Of a stretch of 64,000 nt of DNA, positions 45,679 to 54,887 are shown one piece after another. The stretch's first letter is position 1. Each line of letters starts with the position of its first letter. The notes below the pieces were generated by a model, which did not search any database, was not told the origin of the DNA, and worked only from the letters and a program-made list of their open reading frames with translations. A program made the position numbers and the translations under genes. The stretch is from an uncultured delta proteobacterium (lineage in GTDB: Bacteria; Myxococcota; Kuafuiibacteriia; Kuafuiibacteriales; Kuafuiibacteriaceae), in contig CAWDML010000001.1 of the NCBI GenBank assembly GCA_963803435.1, positions 2,336,001-2,400,000 of the forward strand. Reading direction: 5' to 3'.

Positions 45679-47166
45679 CTATGGACGGGGGTTGCGCACC
45701 ACTCGGTTGCCGGAGTTCGAGAGGAAGCCGCTCTCCGTGAAGGTGCCGCGCGCGCGATCGGCGGTACGGTCGTTCCAGCGCCTCAGATAGGACTCCTCGA
45801 TCCGGTTCATCGCACCGAACATCGAGTTGTTGCTCTCGCGGCTGGTGATGCCCTGGACGAAGCGGAGCGTGTGCTGGCTGCCCGTGCCGATGCTGGTGGG
45901 CATCGTGGTGCTGACGATGTCCGTATCCTGCTGGTCCCGCGCGAACACGGAGGGGTTGCGCAGGTTGTGGAGATAGTTCTCGGTCGAGCAGCCGTTGAAC
46001 ACCAAGACCTGATAGTCGGGCCGATTGCGCATGCGCGTGAGGTCGCTGTCGCGCCCGCGGATCGTCGCCCGAAGACCGGCCGGAGGCGTGTCGCCGCGAT
46101 AGTTACCGTGCGGATCCACGACGAAGTTGCCCGCACCGCTGGTGGTCTTGTCGTCGAAGTCCGGGCCGGTGCCGTAGCGTGCATGACCTGAGTAGTAGAC
46201 GACCTCGTCCTGCTGCATCGCCTGCTCGAAGCTGCGTCGCGCACGGCCGCCGTCACCGCCGGGCGTCACCATCCTGACGACGGCGTCCACGGGCTGCCCC
46301 GAGCGGGGATCCTGCACCTGCTTGGCGAAGTACTCGGCGTTCGGATCGTAGCGGTCGGCGGTGAGCCCGTATCGGCGCCGCTCGTCGGCCGTCATGGTGC
46401 CGTAATCGAGGCGCCGCCATCCGTCCGCGCGCAGGCCCGAGAGCACCTCCCGCTGCTCGCGCGCGTGCGACCCACCCTCGTCGAATCCGATCGCGATCGC
46501 GATATCGAGGCGACCATCGCGAAAGAGGCGATCGTAGTCGGCGCTTCGTTCGAGCTGATGGTCGGGCGGCGGCGCGGCCGAGGTGATCGCGCCCAGGGTC
46601 TCGGATCCGACACGGCCGTCGATGCCGAGACCCACCTCGCGCTGGAAGCGCTCCACCGCCAGCGCAGTCTCGCGGTCGTACGTCCCGCTGGCGCCTTGGG
46701 TGGGGATGTCGAAGCCCATGTCGACGAGGGCCTGCTGGACCTTGCGGACGTGCTCTCCGCGGGCGCCCTCGCTGAGCACCGTGCGCCCGTCCATGACCGA
46801 GGCGAGCGTGGTGTCGCCGGCGAAGCGGAGCCCACCCTCCCGGGCGGCGCGCGCGCGGTTTCCGTCGACCTCGGTCTGGAGCGCCTGATACACGGCGCCG
46901 GCGCGGGTGAGGTTGCCGCTTCGATCGTGCGTGCTGAACGAGGAGTCGCTGGCACCGTCGAGGCGATCGAGCTGCCGGAAGAGACTGTCGAACTCGCGCG
47001 ATCCTCGGATCGCGAAGTCCTGACCGGCGATCTCACGCAGCTGGTCGTCGGTGATCCCGGCGTCGCGCAGCTCGCGGCGGAGCTGGGGCGACATGTTGCG
47101 GATGTCGACGTAGCCGCCGTGGCGGTTCAGGGTGTTGGTGAAGTTGGATTGAGTGATGGTGCTCAT
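45679..47166 (-). CDS. Peptidoglycan-binding protein with a putative cysteine-peptidase domain
   Basis: VRKVQQAL...AVERFQ...DGRVGSET; YSGH and FNGC. Confidence 0.7.
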   Translation of the reverse strand: MSTITQSNFTNTLNRHGGYVDIRNMSPQLRRELRDAGITDDQLREIAGQDFAIRGSREFDSLFRQLDRLDGASDSSFSTHDRSGNLTRAGAVYQALQTEVDGNRARAAREGGLRFAGDTTLASVMDGRTVLSEGARGEHVRKVQQALVDMGFDIPTQGASGTYDRETALAVERFQREVGLGIDGRVGSETLGAITSAAPPPDHQLERSADYDRLFRDGRLDIAIAIGFDEGGSHAREQREVLSGLRADGWRRLDYGTMTADERRRYGLTADRYDPNAEYFAKQVQDPRSGQPVDAVVRMVTPGGDGGRARRSFEQAMQQDEVVYYSGHARYGTGPDFDDKTTSGAGNFVVDPHGNYRGDTPPAGLRATIRGRDSDLTRMRNRPDYQVLVFNGCSTENYLHNLRNPSVFARDQQDTDIVSTTMPTSIGTGSQHTLRFVQGITSRESNNSMFGAMNRIEESYLRRWNDRTADRARGTFTESGFLSNSGNRVVRNPRP

Positions 47167-47184
47167 CGATCCGCCTCCTCGCGG

Positions 47185-47766
47185 TCACTGATACGTTCGA
47201 TCCACCAATCGCTGAATGCTCTGCTCGATCAGGATCATCGTGAACTCGTCTTTCTCGATCTCGCCCGCGCGCTCGAGCGCCTCGAGGGCAGCGCGATCGT
47301 CCAGCTCACCGAGCGCCTGGGCGGCCGCCATGCGCACGTCGGGATCGTCGTCCTCGAGCAGGACCCGGGCGAGCGCGGGCAGCGCCTCCTTGGCCCGGAA
47401 CTCGAAGAGGCTCGAGGCGGCCTCCTCGCGGACGCGCGCGTTCGGATCGTTGAGCGCCTCGATCAGGGCCGGCACCGCCCGCGGATCCTGGAGGTTGGCC
47501 AGGATCTGGGCGGCGAGCTCCCGCGCCCCGGGATCGGGCGATCCGAGCTGGCTCATCATGGCCTCGGCCGCCGAGAGGGCTTCGAGCGTCGAGGTCAGCG
47601 CGCCCCTCAGCCGACCCGGGGTGGTCTGCCCGAGCAGGACGCCCAGCGGCACGATGACCCGGGGATCGCCCGTCGCCCCCAGCTGCTCGGCGGCCTGGGC
47701 ACGCTCCTCCTCACGAAACTCCCAATCCAACGCGATGCCGAGCTGCTCTTTGACCCCGTCTCTCAT
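47185..47766 (-). CDS. HEAT-repeat protein
   Basis: Repeats such as AVPALIEALNDPNARVR. Confidence 0.8.
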   Translation of the reverse strand: MRDGVKEQLGIALDWEFREEERAQAAEQLGATGDPRVIVPLGVLLGQTTPGRLRGALTSTLEALSAAEAMMSQLGSPDPGARELAAQILANLQDPRAVPALIEALNDPNARVREEAASSLFEFRAKEALPALARVLLEDDDPDVRMAAAQALGELDDRAALEALERAGEIEKDEFTMILIEQSIQRLVDRTYQ

Positions 47767-47966
47767 GGCCGGACCGAGTGCGAGCAAGGCACGGACCACA
47801 ATGTGACGTCACAGCTCGTGGGGCGAGCGTGCTATCCCACATCGACGCCTCGAGCAGAGCCTGCAAGTCGGAGAGGCAGACGCTGCACGACCGGCGAAGT
47901 GCAAGCAAACTTGCACATCGACGCGGACTGTGGCGGAAAAGCCCGGTCGCACGGGGTCGTTCGCCC

Positions 47967-48344
47967 ATGGACAAAGGATTCTCGACGGAGAATTGTTCTC
48001 GCCTTGGATCAATCACAGAGCCGCCATCCATCGAGCGTTGCTGGAGGCCGAAGATCATCCGAGCCCAGAGAGGCTGTACCGGCGCGTGAGGAGGAAGATG
48101 CCCTCGATCTCGCTGGCGACGATCGACGAGGCGCTCGACGCGCGGACGGAGCTCGGAGTCGCTCGTGAGGTCTCGGCGCTCCGTGAAACGAAGCGCTACG
48201 ACGGGAATCTCGAGAAGCACCGCCACCTGGAGCTCGACACGGTCGAGCCGCCCCGCCGCCGTGGCGGCTTCGTCGCGCTCGGTCAGCGTGGAGGTCATCG
48301 GAGTGTGCTCGACCGGTGCGAGACAGAGGAGGAGCAGGACGTGA
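47967..48344 (+). pseudogene. Degenerate Fur/PerR-family regulator
   Basis: DHPSPERLY, PSISLATI, RYDGN..H.HL; frameshifts and missing CxxC block. Confidence 0.7.
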
Positions 48345-49589
48345 AAAAGATGTGGTCATGGTTGGGGGTCTCAACGGTGCTGATGTGCAGCCAGGGAGCG
48401 AGGGCGTCGGCGGGCGACGACCTGCCGCTCGGAGTCTCGCGAGCGCTCTACGAGATTCTCGGTGCCCAAGAACCGAGTCCCGACCAAGGAGCAGATCGCC
48501 CTGGGCGAGAAGCTCTTCAACGAGAAGCGGCTGTCCGCGGACGATACGGTGGCCTGCGCCAACTGCCACGATCCCCAGAAGGGCTTCGTGGACGGCAAGC
48601 CGGTCTCGGAGGGCGTGGGCAAGAAGACCGGCATGCGCAACGCGCCCACGGTGCTGAACGCCATGTTCAACGCCACCCAGTTCTGGGACGGGCGCGCGAA
48701 GGACCTGGAGGAGCAGGCCGGGCTCCCGATCACGAACCCGGTCGAGATGGCGATGAAGGACGGCAACCAGGTGGTCGCCAAGCTGCGCGGCATCCCCGAG
48801 TACGTGGCCGAGTTCAAGAAGGTGTTCGGGCGCGACGTGAGCTTCGACGACGTCCGGAGCGCCATCGCCGCGTTCGAGCGGACGCAATACTCGGGGAGCT
48901 CGGCGTTCGATCGTTACATCAACGGCGACGAGAAGGCGCTCTCCGCCTCGGCCAAGCGGGGCTGGGCGCTCTTCAACGGGAAGGCCCGCTGCAACAACTG
49001 CCACGCCGGCAACGCCGCCGCCCCGCTCTTCTCCGATCAGAAGTTCCACAACATCGGCATCGCCGCGCACAAGCAGAACTTCGTCGACCTGGCGCGCGAA
49101 GCGCTCAAGACGGTCCGCACCGGCGATCAGAAGCAGATCGACGAGCTCGCGCTCCAGACCAAGTTCTCGGAGCTCGGGCGCTTCCTCGTCACCAAGAACG
49201 AAGCCGACGTGGGCGCCTTCAAGACCCCCACGCTGCGCAACACGGGGATCACGGGTCCGTACATGCACGACGGATCGCTGGCGACGCTCTGGGACGTGAT
49301 GGATCACTACAACAAGGGCGGCGTTCAGAACCCGTACCTCGACGGCGGCATGATCCGCCTCGGTCTGACCGAGGCCGAGATCAACGACGTCGTCGAGCTG
49401 CTGTTCTCCATGACCGACGAGCGCTTCGCCCGCTACGCGAAGAGCGAACGCGCGCGGCAGACCCGGAAGAAGAACGTGCGGCCTGAGCGCGACGTCGCGG
49501 CCGCGATGGGCAAGAAGGGCCACCTCGGCGACCTGGCACCCAACCCCAAGCTGGCCGAGAAGAACCCGGCCCAGATCGGCGTGTACTAG
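48341..49589 (+). CDS. Di-heme cytochrome c peroxidase, MauG/BthA family (frameshift near 48460)
   Basis: CANCH, CNNCH, RNAPT, QFWDGRA, FKTPTLRN, PYMHDG. Confidence 0.88.
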
Positions 49590-49598
49590 GAGGCGGCG

Positions 49599-50720
49599 AT
49601 GAGGAAAGGCGTCAAGAGCATCGAAACCAAATACATGGAGGAGCGCGAGTCGCTCTTCCAGGGGCTGCGCGGGCTGTCGCGGCGGTCCTTCTTCAAGCTG
49701 GCCGGGATCTCCGCGGGAGTGGCGGCGGCCAAGCAGCTGGTGTTTCCGCACAGCTTCCAGCTGATCGAGGTGGCGGAGGCCGCCGAGACCGGCAAGCCGC
49801 CCTTCACCTTCGCGTACATCTCGGACACGCACCTGTACGAGGCCAAGGTCAACGACCGCTTCATCCGCGCGATCCTGAAGGCGGTCGACGACGTGAACGC
49901 GCTCGACCCGCAGCCGGACTTCGTGCTGTTCGGCGGCGATCTCGCACAGCTGGGTCAGAAGGCCGAGCTCGACCTGGGCAAGGAGATCCTGAAGACGCTG
50001 AAGGCGCCGGTCCGGATGATGGTCGGGGAGCACGACTGGTTCCTCGACCTGGGCGAGCACTGGAAGTCGCAGTTCGGCGCGCCCATGTACTCGTTCGATC
50101 ACAAGGGCGTTCACTTCGTGACGCTGATGAGCGTGGTGGAGAAGGACTTTTGGACCGCCGCCGGCATGACGCCGATGGAGCGCATGCAGACGGTGGCCGG
50201 GCTGGACAACGGCAAGCAGTCCCGGTTCGAGGTGGGCCCGGAGGGCCGCGAGTGGTTGAAGGCCGATCTGGCGAAGGTCGACAAGAAGACCCCGCTGGTC
50301 GTCTTCTCTCACTCGCCGCTCTACAAATACTACCGGCCCTGGAACTTCTGGACCGAGGACGCCGACGAGGTACAGGCCATCCTGCGCCCCTTCCAGAAGG
50401 TGACCGTGATCCACGGGCACACGCACCAGCTGCTCAGCAACCGCATCGGGAACATCTCGTTCCACGGGATGCTCTCGACCGCATGGCCCTGGCCGTACGC
50501 GCCGGAGGGTCTGCCGAAGCTCACGATCCAGCAGAACCGTGCCGATCCGTTCAGCCAGCTGGACGGCTGCGGCGACGGGCGCGTGGACGTGCTCGAGTCG
50601 GGGCTGGCCAACAAGATCTACAACCTCTGGGACCGGAACCCGATCTCGGTCACCGCGACCTACCTCGCCTCCAACGGGGCACAGGACCGTCCGCCGGCGA
50701 CGACGCTGCCGAGCTACTGA
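49599..50720 (+). CDS. Tat-exported metallophosphoesterase
   Basis: SRRSFFK; DTH, GD, GEHD, GHTH. Confidence 0.88.
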   Translation: MRKGVKSIETKYMEERESLFQGLRGLSRRSFFKLAGISAGVAAAKQLVFPHSFQLIEVAEAAETGKPPFTFAYISDTHLYEAKVNDRFIRAILKAVDDVNALDPQPDFVLFGGDLAQLGQKAELDLGKEILKTLKAPVRMMVGEHDWFLDLGEHWKSQFGAPMYSFDHKGVHFVTLMSVVEKDFWTAAGMTPMERMQTVAGLDNGKQSRFEVGPEGREWLKADLAKVDKKTPLVVFSHSPLYKYYRPWNFWTEDADEVQAILRPFQKVTVIHGHTHQLLSNRIGNISFHGMLSTAWPWPYAPEGLPKLTIQQNRADPFSQLDGCGDGRVDVLESGLANKIYNLWDRNPISVTATYLASNGAQDRPPATTLPSY

Positions 50721-50728
50721 GGTGAACG

Positions 50729-51434
50729 ATGCGATATCCAACGACACTGCTGGCACTCACGGGCGCAGCGATCTTCGCGGCCTTCGTCTACACCAGCGCC
50801 GCCGACGCGAACGGCCCGACCAAGCACAAGCTCCCCGAGTCGAAGTCGGGGAACCTGGTGGTCGGCCTCTGCGACGGTGAGACCGCGCTCGAGGTGGAGG
50901 GGAAGAAGCCCGGTGACACGCTCACCGAGGACGAGGCCCGCAAGGTGGCGGGCGATTCTGATGACCGAGTGGAAGAAGAAGAACCCGAAGGCGCGCTGGG
51001 ACGAGGGCGTGAAGCTGGCCCAGTCGAGCGCCACCGGCGCCAAGGGCGTGGAGCAGAAGAAGGCGGCCAACGCCCAGAGCGACACCACCTACGGCGCGTT
51101 CAGCGCTCGCGACGAGAAGATCTGGGCAGCCTCCACCCAGAGGTTCATCGACGAGGGGAACCGTATCTTCCACGACGCCAAGGCGCTCGGCGGGACCATC
51201 TCGGTCAGCTGCGACATGTGCCACCCGAACGCGGCCAACACGCATCCCGAGACTTATCCCAAGTATCAGGTGCAGCTGGGCCGCGTCGCGCTCCTACGCG
51301 ACATGATCAACTGGTGCATCGAGAACCCGGTCCGCGGCGTCCCGCTGGCGGACGGCGACGAGAAGCTGCGCGCCCTGGAGGCGTACATCTACTCGCAGCG
51401 CAAGGGCGTGGCGCTCGACTACGGCAAGCACTGA
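50729..51434 (+). CDS. Monoheme cytochrome c (frameshift near 50950)
   Basis: Signal peptide; CDMCH; INWCIENP. Confidence 0.75.
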
Positions 51435-51442
51435 GCGCGCGC

Positions 51443-53107
51443 TCAAGGGATCGTGATCAGCACGCCCTGGCTCTCCACGCCGGCGGTGTCCGCCGCCGAG
51501 ATCGCCCAGGTCCCGCTCTGCAGCACCAGCTCCGGCGTGGTCGCCGAGAAGATGTCCTCCAGCTCGAAGTCGGAGCCGACCTGGCGATAGAGGACCCAGG
51601 CCCGGAGCGTCTCGGGAGAGGGATGCGTGAGATGCGCCGTGTCCCCGACCAGCTCGACCTCGGGCGGCACCAGCGTGTGCGCGGGCGCCGTGAGCACCCG
51701 CGGGCTGAGCGCCGGGTGCGGGTAGTACTCGGCGACCAGGATGTCGTCGATGCCGTCCCGGTTCTCCATGATCGGATCGATCTGGAAGAAGATCTCACCG
51801 ACGCCGCCGGCCGGCTGATACAGGCGGTTCAGGTCGAGCTGCGCGCGGAACTCGTCGGCCGTCCAGCTGGCGTTGTCGCCCAGGCGGGATAGATAGTTGC
51901 CGCTGAACAGGTAGGTCCCGGTCCCGGCCTCGCTCACCCACCAATCGAGCAGGGTCTCGTAGGCCTGCGCGGTCTGGGTGGTCGGCCAGTAGAGCTGGGG
52001 CGCGAGATACTCGACCCAGCCCTCCGCGATCCATCGCAGCGGATCGGAGTAGATGCTGGCGTACTGGTCGAGCCCGCTGATGCCCTGAGGCATGCCGGGG
52101 CGATAGATCCCGAACGGCGCGATCCCGAAGCGGACCTCCGGCCGCTGCTGCACGACGGCCTCGTGGACGCCGCGCACCAGATCGTGCACGTTCTCGCGCC
52201 GCCAGTCGCCGAGCGCCATGGTGCCGCCGCCGTCGAGGTAGGCCTGATAGGTGCCGTCGTCGGGGAACGGCGTGCCGTCGGGATAGGGATAGAAGTAGTC
52301 GTCGAAGTGAATGCCGTCGATCGCGTACCGGTCGACCAGATCGGCGACCACATCGATCGCGCGCTGTTGCACACCGGGCGCGGCGGGATCCATCCACAGC
52401 GCGTTGCCGTACGGATGGGCGTCCTCCGGCTCCACCAGGGAGATGTGCGGCAGCACCGCGGTGGTCCCGGCGTTGACCTTGGCGCGATAGGGATTGAGCC
52501 AGGCGTGGACCTCGATGGCGCGGGCGTGGGCCTGCTCGATCAGGTAGGCCAGCGGATCGTAGCCGGGATCGCCGCCCTGGGTTCCGGTGAGGAAACGGCT
52601 CCAAGGCTCGAGCGCAGAGTCGTAGAGGGCGTCGGACTCGGGGCGGACCTGGAACACGATCGCGTTGAGGTTCACCGCGTCGACCGCATCGACGATCGCG
52701 CGGAGCTCCGCCTGCTGGTCGGCGGCGGAGAGCCCCTGCTGGCTGGGGAAGTTGACGTTGGAGACGGTCGCGACCCAGACAGCGCGAAGCTCGCGGGGAT
52801 GACCGACGTCCACCAGGGTCGGGCCGCCGTCCGCCGGCTCCATCATGGCGTCGGGCAGGCTCGCGTCGTCGGGCAGCATCCCGGCGTCGGGTCGCATCCC
52901 GGCGTCGGCCGGCGGCTCACCGGCGTCCATCTCGGCTTCGGCGTCCATCTCGGCTTCGGCGTCCAGCTGGGCTTCGGCGTCCTTGATGAGTACGCCCTGA
53001 TCCGCCGCGGGCAACGGGTTGCCGGCGTCCAGCATCCCCGAGCGGGGCGTCCCGTCCGGCACGCACGCCGAAAGACCGAGCAAAGCGACGGCGAGCCCAC
53101 GCAACAC
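51443..53107 (-). CDS. GHL10/YddW-like glycoside hydrolase lipoprotein
   Basis: ELRAVWVATV, VHAWLNPYR, GIHFDDYFYPY, PQLYW. Confidence 0.88.
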   Translation of the reverse strand: MLRGLAVALLGLSACVPDGTPRSGMLDAGNPLPAADQGVLIKDAEAQLDAEAEMDAEAEMDAGEPPADAGMRPDAGMLPDDASLPDAMMEPADGGPTLVDVGHPRELRAVWVATVSNVNFPSQQGLSAADQQAELRAIVDAVDAVNLNAIVFQVRPESDALYDSALEPWSRFLTGTQGGDPGYDPLAYLIEQAHARAIEVHAWLNPYRAKVNAGTTAVLPHISLVEPEDAHPYGNALWMDPAAPGVQQRAIDVVADLVDRYAIDGIHFDDYFYPYPDGTPFPDDGTYQAYLDGGGTMALGDWRRENVHDLVRGVHEAVVQQRPEVRFGIAPFGIYRPGMPQGISGLDQYASIYSDPLRWIAEGWVEYLAPQLYWPTTQTAQAYETLLDWWVSEAGTGTYLFSGNYLSRLGDNASWTADEFRAQLDLNRLYQPAGGVGEIFFQIDPIMENRDGIDDILVAEYYPHPALSPRVLTAPAHTLVPPEVELVGDTAHLTHPSPETLRAWVLYRQVGSDFELEDIFSATTPELVLQSGTWAISAADTAGVESQGVLITIP

Positions 53108-53170
53108 CGTTCGCTGATACTGCGGCGGGCGCGGCGCGTCATCCGGCGTCTGTCGTGTCGCCCTCGGTCC

Positions 53171-53560
53171 TCAACTCCCGCTTTCGGACCCTTCCGCGTC
53201 GATGTCGAAGAAGTCGAGGACATCCTCGCGGGTGAGCTCGAGCTCCTGCCCCGCGGGATTGACGATCAGCCCGTCGAACTCGCCCTCGGCGACGCTCCGG
53301 ATCGCGTCCACTGTCGGCATCGCGATCCACCGCGATCCCGGCTCGAACATGTGCAGCTCGATCAGATCCGTGAACAGCGGCAGGAAAAGCTCCCCACTGT
53401 CGGACTCGAGCGTGATCGGACCTTCGTCGTCGCCGGCGATCAACCGGGCCTCCAGGAGCGCCTCGAGGACCGGGCGGAGATAGCGCTCGGTCTCCGACTC
53501 GGGCGCGTCGAAGAACGCGCGCATGGCACGGATCAGGTTCGCGTTGTCGGGTGGTTCCAT
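53171..53560 (-). CDS. SseB-family protein
   Basis: LPLFTD, GLIVNP. Confidence 0.65.
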   Translation of the reverse strand: MEPPDNANLIRAMRAFFDAPESETERYLRPVLEALLEARLIAGDDEGPITLESDSGELFLPLFTDLIELHMFEPGSRWIAMPTVDAIRSVAEGEFDGLIVNPAGQELELTREDVLDFFDIDAEGSESGS

Positions 53561-53575
53561 GGTGTCCTGTGCAGA

Positions 53576-54148
53576 TCAGGTCGGAGTGACGGACGCGAGC
53601 GAGATCATCGCGTCGCGCCGGGTGCCTTCCTTCAGATGGTCCTGGACGATGCGCGCCAGCGTGGCCGCCACCAGTCCGATGAACGGGAGATGCTCGCCGC
53701 CCTCGCAGGTCGCCTGGCCCTCGCGATCCTCGGCGTCCGCCTGGAAGCGCTCGTCCCAGCGGACGATGCCGAAGGTGCCGTCACCGCTGATGGCCGCGTG
53801 CACCAGCGCCTTGTTCGTGCGCCGCGCGTAGCCCGAGAGCAGCTCGCGGCTCTCGCGGTTGTCGAAGCCATCGATCAACAGATCGGCCTTCTCGAGCAGC
53901 TTGTCGGTGTTGTCGGCGGTGAGGCGCACCGGAAAGGACTCCGACTTCACGCCGTAGAAGTTGGCGAGCTGGAGCTTCATGGCGTCGGCCTTGTTCTTGC
54001 CGAGCGAAGCCTTCACGAACGCCTGCGCCATCAGGTTCTTCGACTCGACACGATCGAAGTCGATGAACACCAGCTCGGCGTCGATGCTGCGGAGCAAGAG
54101 CGCGGAGGTGGAGCCGAGGGCACCGACACCGCAGAGGATGATGCGCAT
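53576..54148 (-). CDS. ThiF/E1-like adenylyltransferase
   Basis: GVGALGS, IDFDRVESKNL, GKNKA, DGFDN; candidate catalytic Cys in ATCE. Confidence 0.88.
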   Translation of the reverse strand: MRIILCGVGALGSTSALLLRSIDAELVFIDFDRVESKNLMAQAFVKASLGKNKADAMKLQLANFYGVKSESFPVRLTADNTDKLLEKADLLIDGFDNRESRELLSGYARRTNKALVHAAISGDGTFGIVRWDERFQADAEDREGQATCEGGEHLPFIGLVAATLARIVQDHLKEGTRRDAMISLASVTPT

Positions 54149-54159
54149 GACGATGCTCC

Positions 54160-54408
54160 TCAGCAGGCGCCGAACGGGACCTTCGGGCGGAGGTACAGGC
54201 GCTGCCCGCCCTGCGCCGTGGCGAAGCGATCCACCACGTAGTTCGCGAACGCCTCGGCGTCGAGGTTGGCGATGTGGAGGCCCGGGACACCTCCGGAGCG
54301 GACGAGCTCGACGGCGATCCGACGGATGTCCTGATCGCCGACCTCCATCTCGAGCTCGAGCGGAACGTCGGCCGAGAGGCCCTGGTACGTGATGTTGAGC
54401 GTGGCCAT
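54160..54408 (-). CDS. Small ubiquitin-like protein (putative)
   Basis: 82 aa with beta-grasp-like pattern, ends LRPKVPFG-AC; lies between the JAB and E1 genes; GGAGG RBS. Confidence 0.65.
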   Translation of the reverse strand: MATLNITYQGLSADVPLELEMEVGDQDIRRIAVELVRSGGVPGLHIANLDAEAFANYVVDRFATAQGGQRLYLRPKVPFGAC

Positions 54409-54410
54409 GT

Positions 54411-54800
54411 TCATTCCTCCATGCCGGACAGCTGGCGGAGCAGGTCCGCCCACCAGGGCTCCGGATCGATACGGAGCGTCTCGCCGTTCGCGCCCTCGCG
54501 CGCGATCATGCCGGTGGGTGCCACCACGGAGAACCGCAGCGTCCGACCGAGCGCGGGCTCGAGCGCCTCCATCGTGGTCTGATCCTCGTAGGAGAACGCG
54601 AGCGGACCCACGGGATGGCTGTGCGCGATCTCGATGAGCGTCTCCCGCCTGGACCAGATCGCCTCCCAGCGCGCCCGGGAGTCCGGCATCGCGCCTGCGT
54701 CTCCGCTCGCGTCGGCCCAGCAGATGGAGTCATCGCGAGCGATGAGGAAGCAGACTTCGCGCGGGAGAAAGAGAGAGCTGCGTCCGAGTGGAGAAGCCAC
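54411..54800 (-). CDS. JAB/MPN metallo-isopeptidase
   Basis: E...HSHP-x5-S-x2-D JAMM motif; start codon uncertain. Confidence 0.8.
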   Translation of the reverse strand: MASPLGRSSLFLPREVCFLIARDDSICWADASGDAGAMPDSRARWEAIWSRRETLIEIAHSHPVGPLAFSYEDQTTMEALEPALGRTLRFSVVAPTGMIAREGANGETLRIDPEPWWADLLRQLSGMEE

Positions 54801-54848
54801 GAAAATCCAACCTTAGGATGTGCTTGTTGGGCCTCTTCGGCCGGACGC
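54780..54848 (-). ncRNA. Short Y-RNA-like element
   Basis: Terminal stem GCGTCCG/CGGACGC, GCCGAAG motif, 27/28 nt identical to the 5' end of 57710-57850. Confidence 0.65.
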
Positions 54849-54855
54849 GGTCGTC

Positions 54856-54886
54856 ATTGTAGAGGCACGGGCCGTACGGGCGTCAA
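54856..54886 (-). promoter_or_regulatory. Promoter for the short Y-like RNA
   Basis: TTGACG-N19-TACAAT, 7 nt upstream of the stem. Confidence 0.55.
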
Positions 54887-54887
54887 G

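Noticed and set aside
52921-52980. 18-bp tandem repeat
   Set aside because: Encodes the low-complexity (M/L)DAEAE linker of the lipoprotein.
53576-54408. ThiF/ThiS or MoeB/MoaD cofactor biosynthesis
   Set aside because: No pathway genes are adjacent, there is no CxxC or rhodanese domain and no GG tail; disfavoured but not fully excluded.
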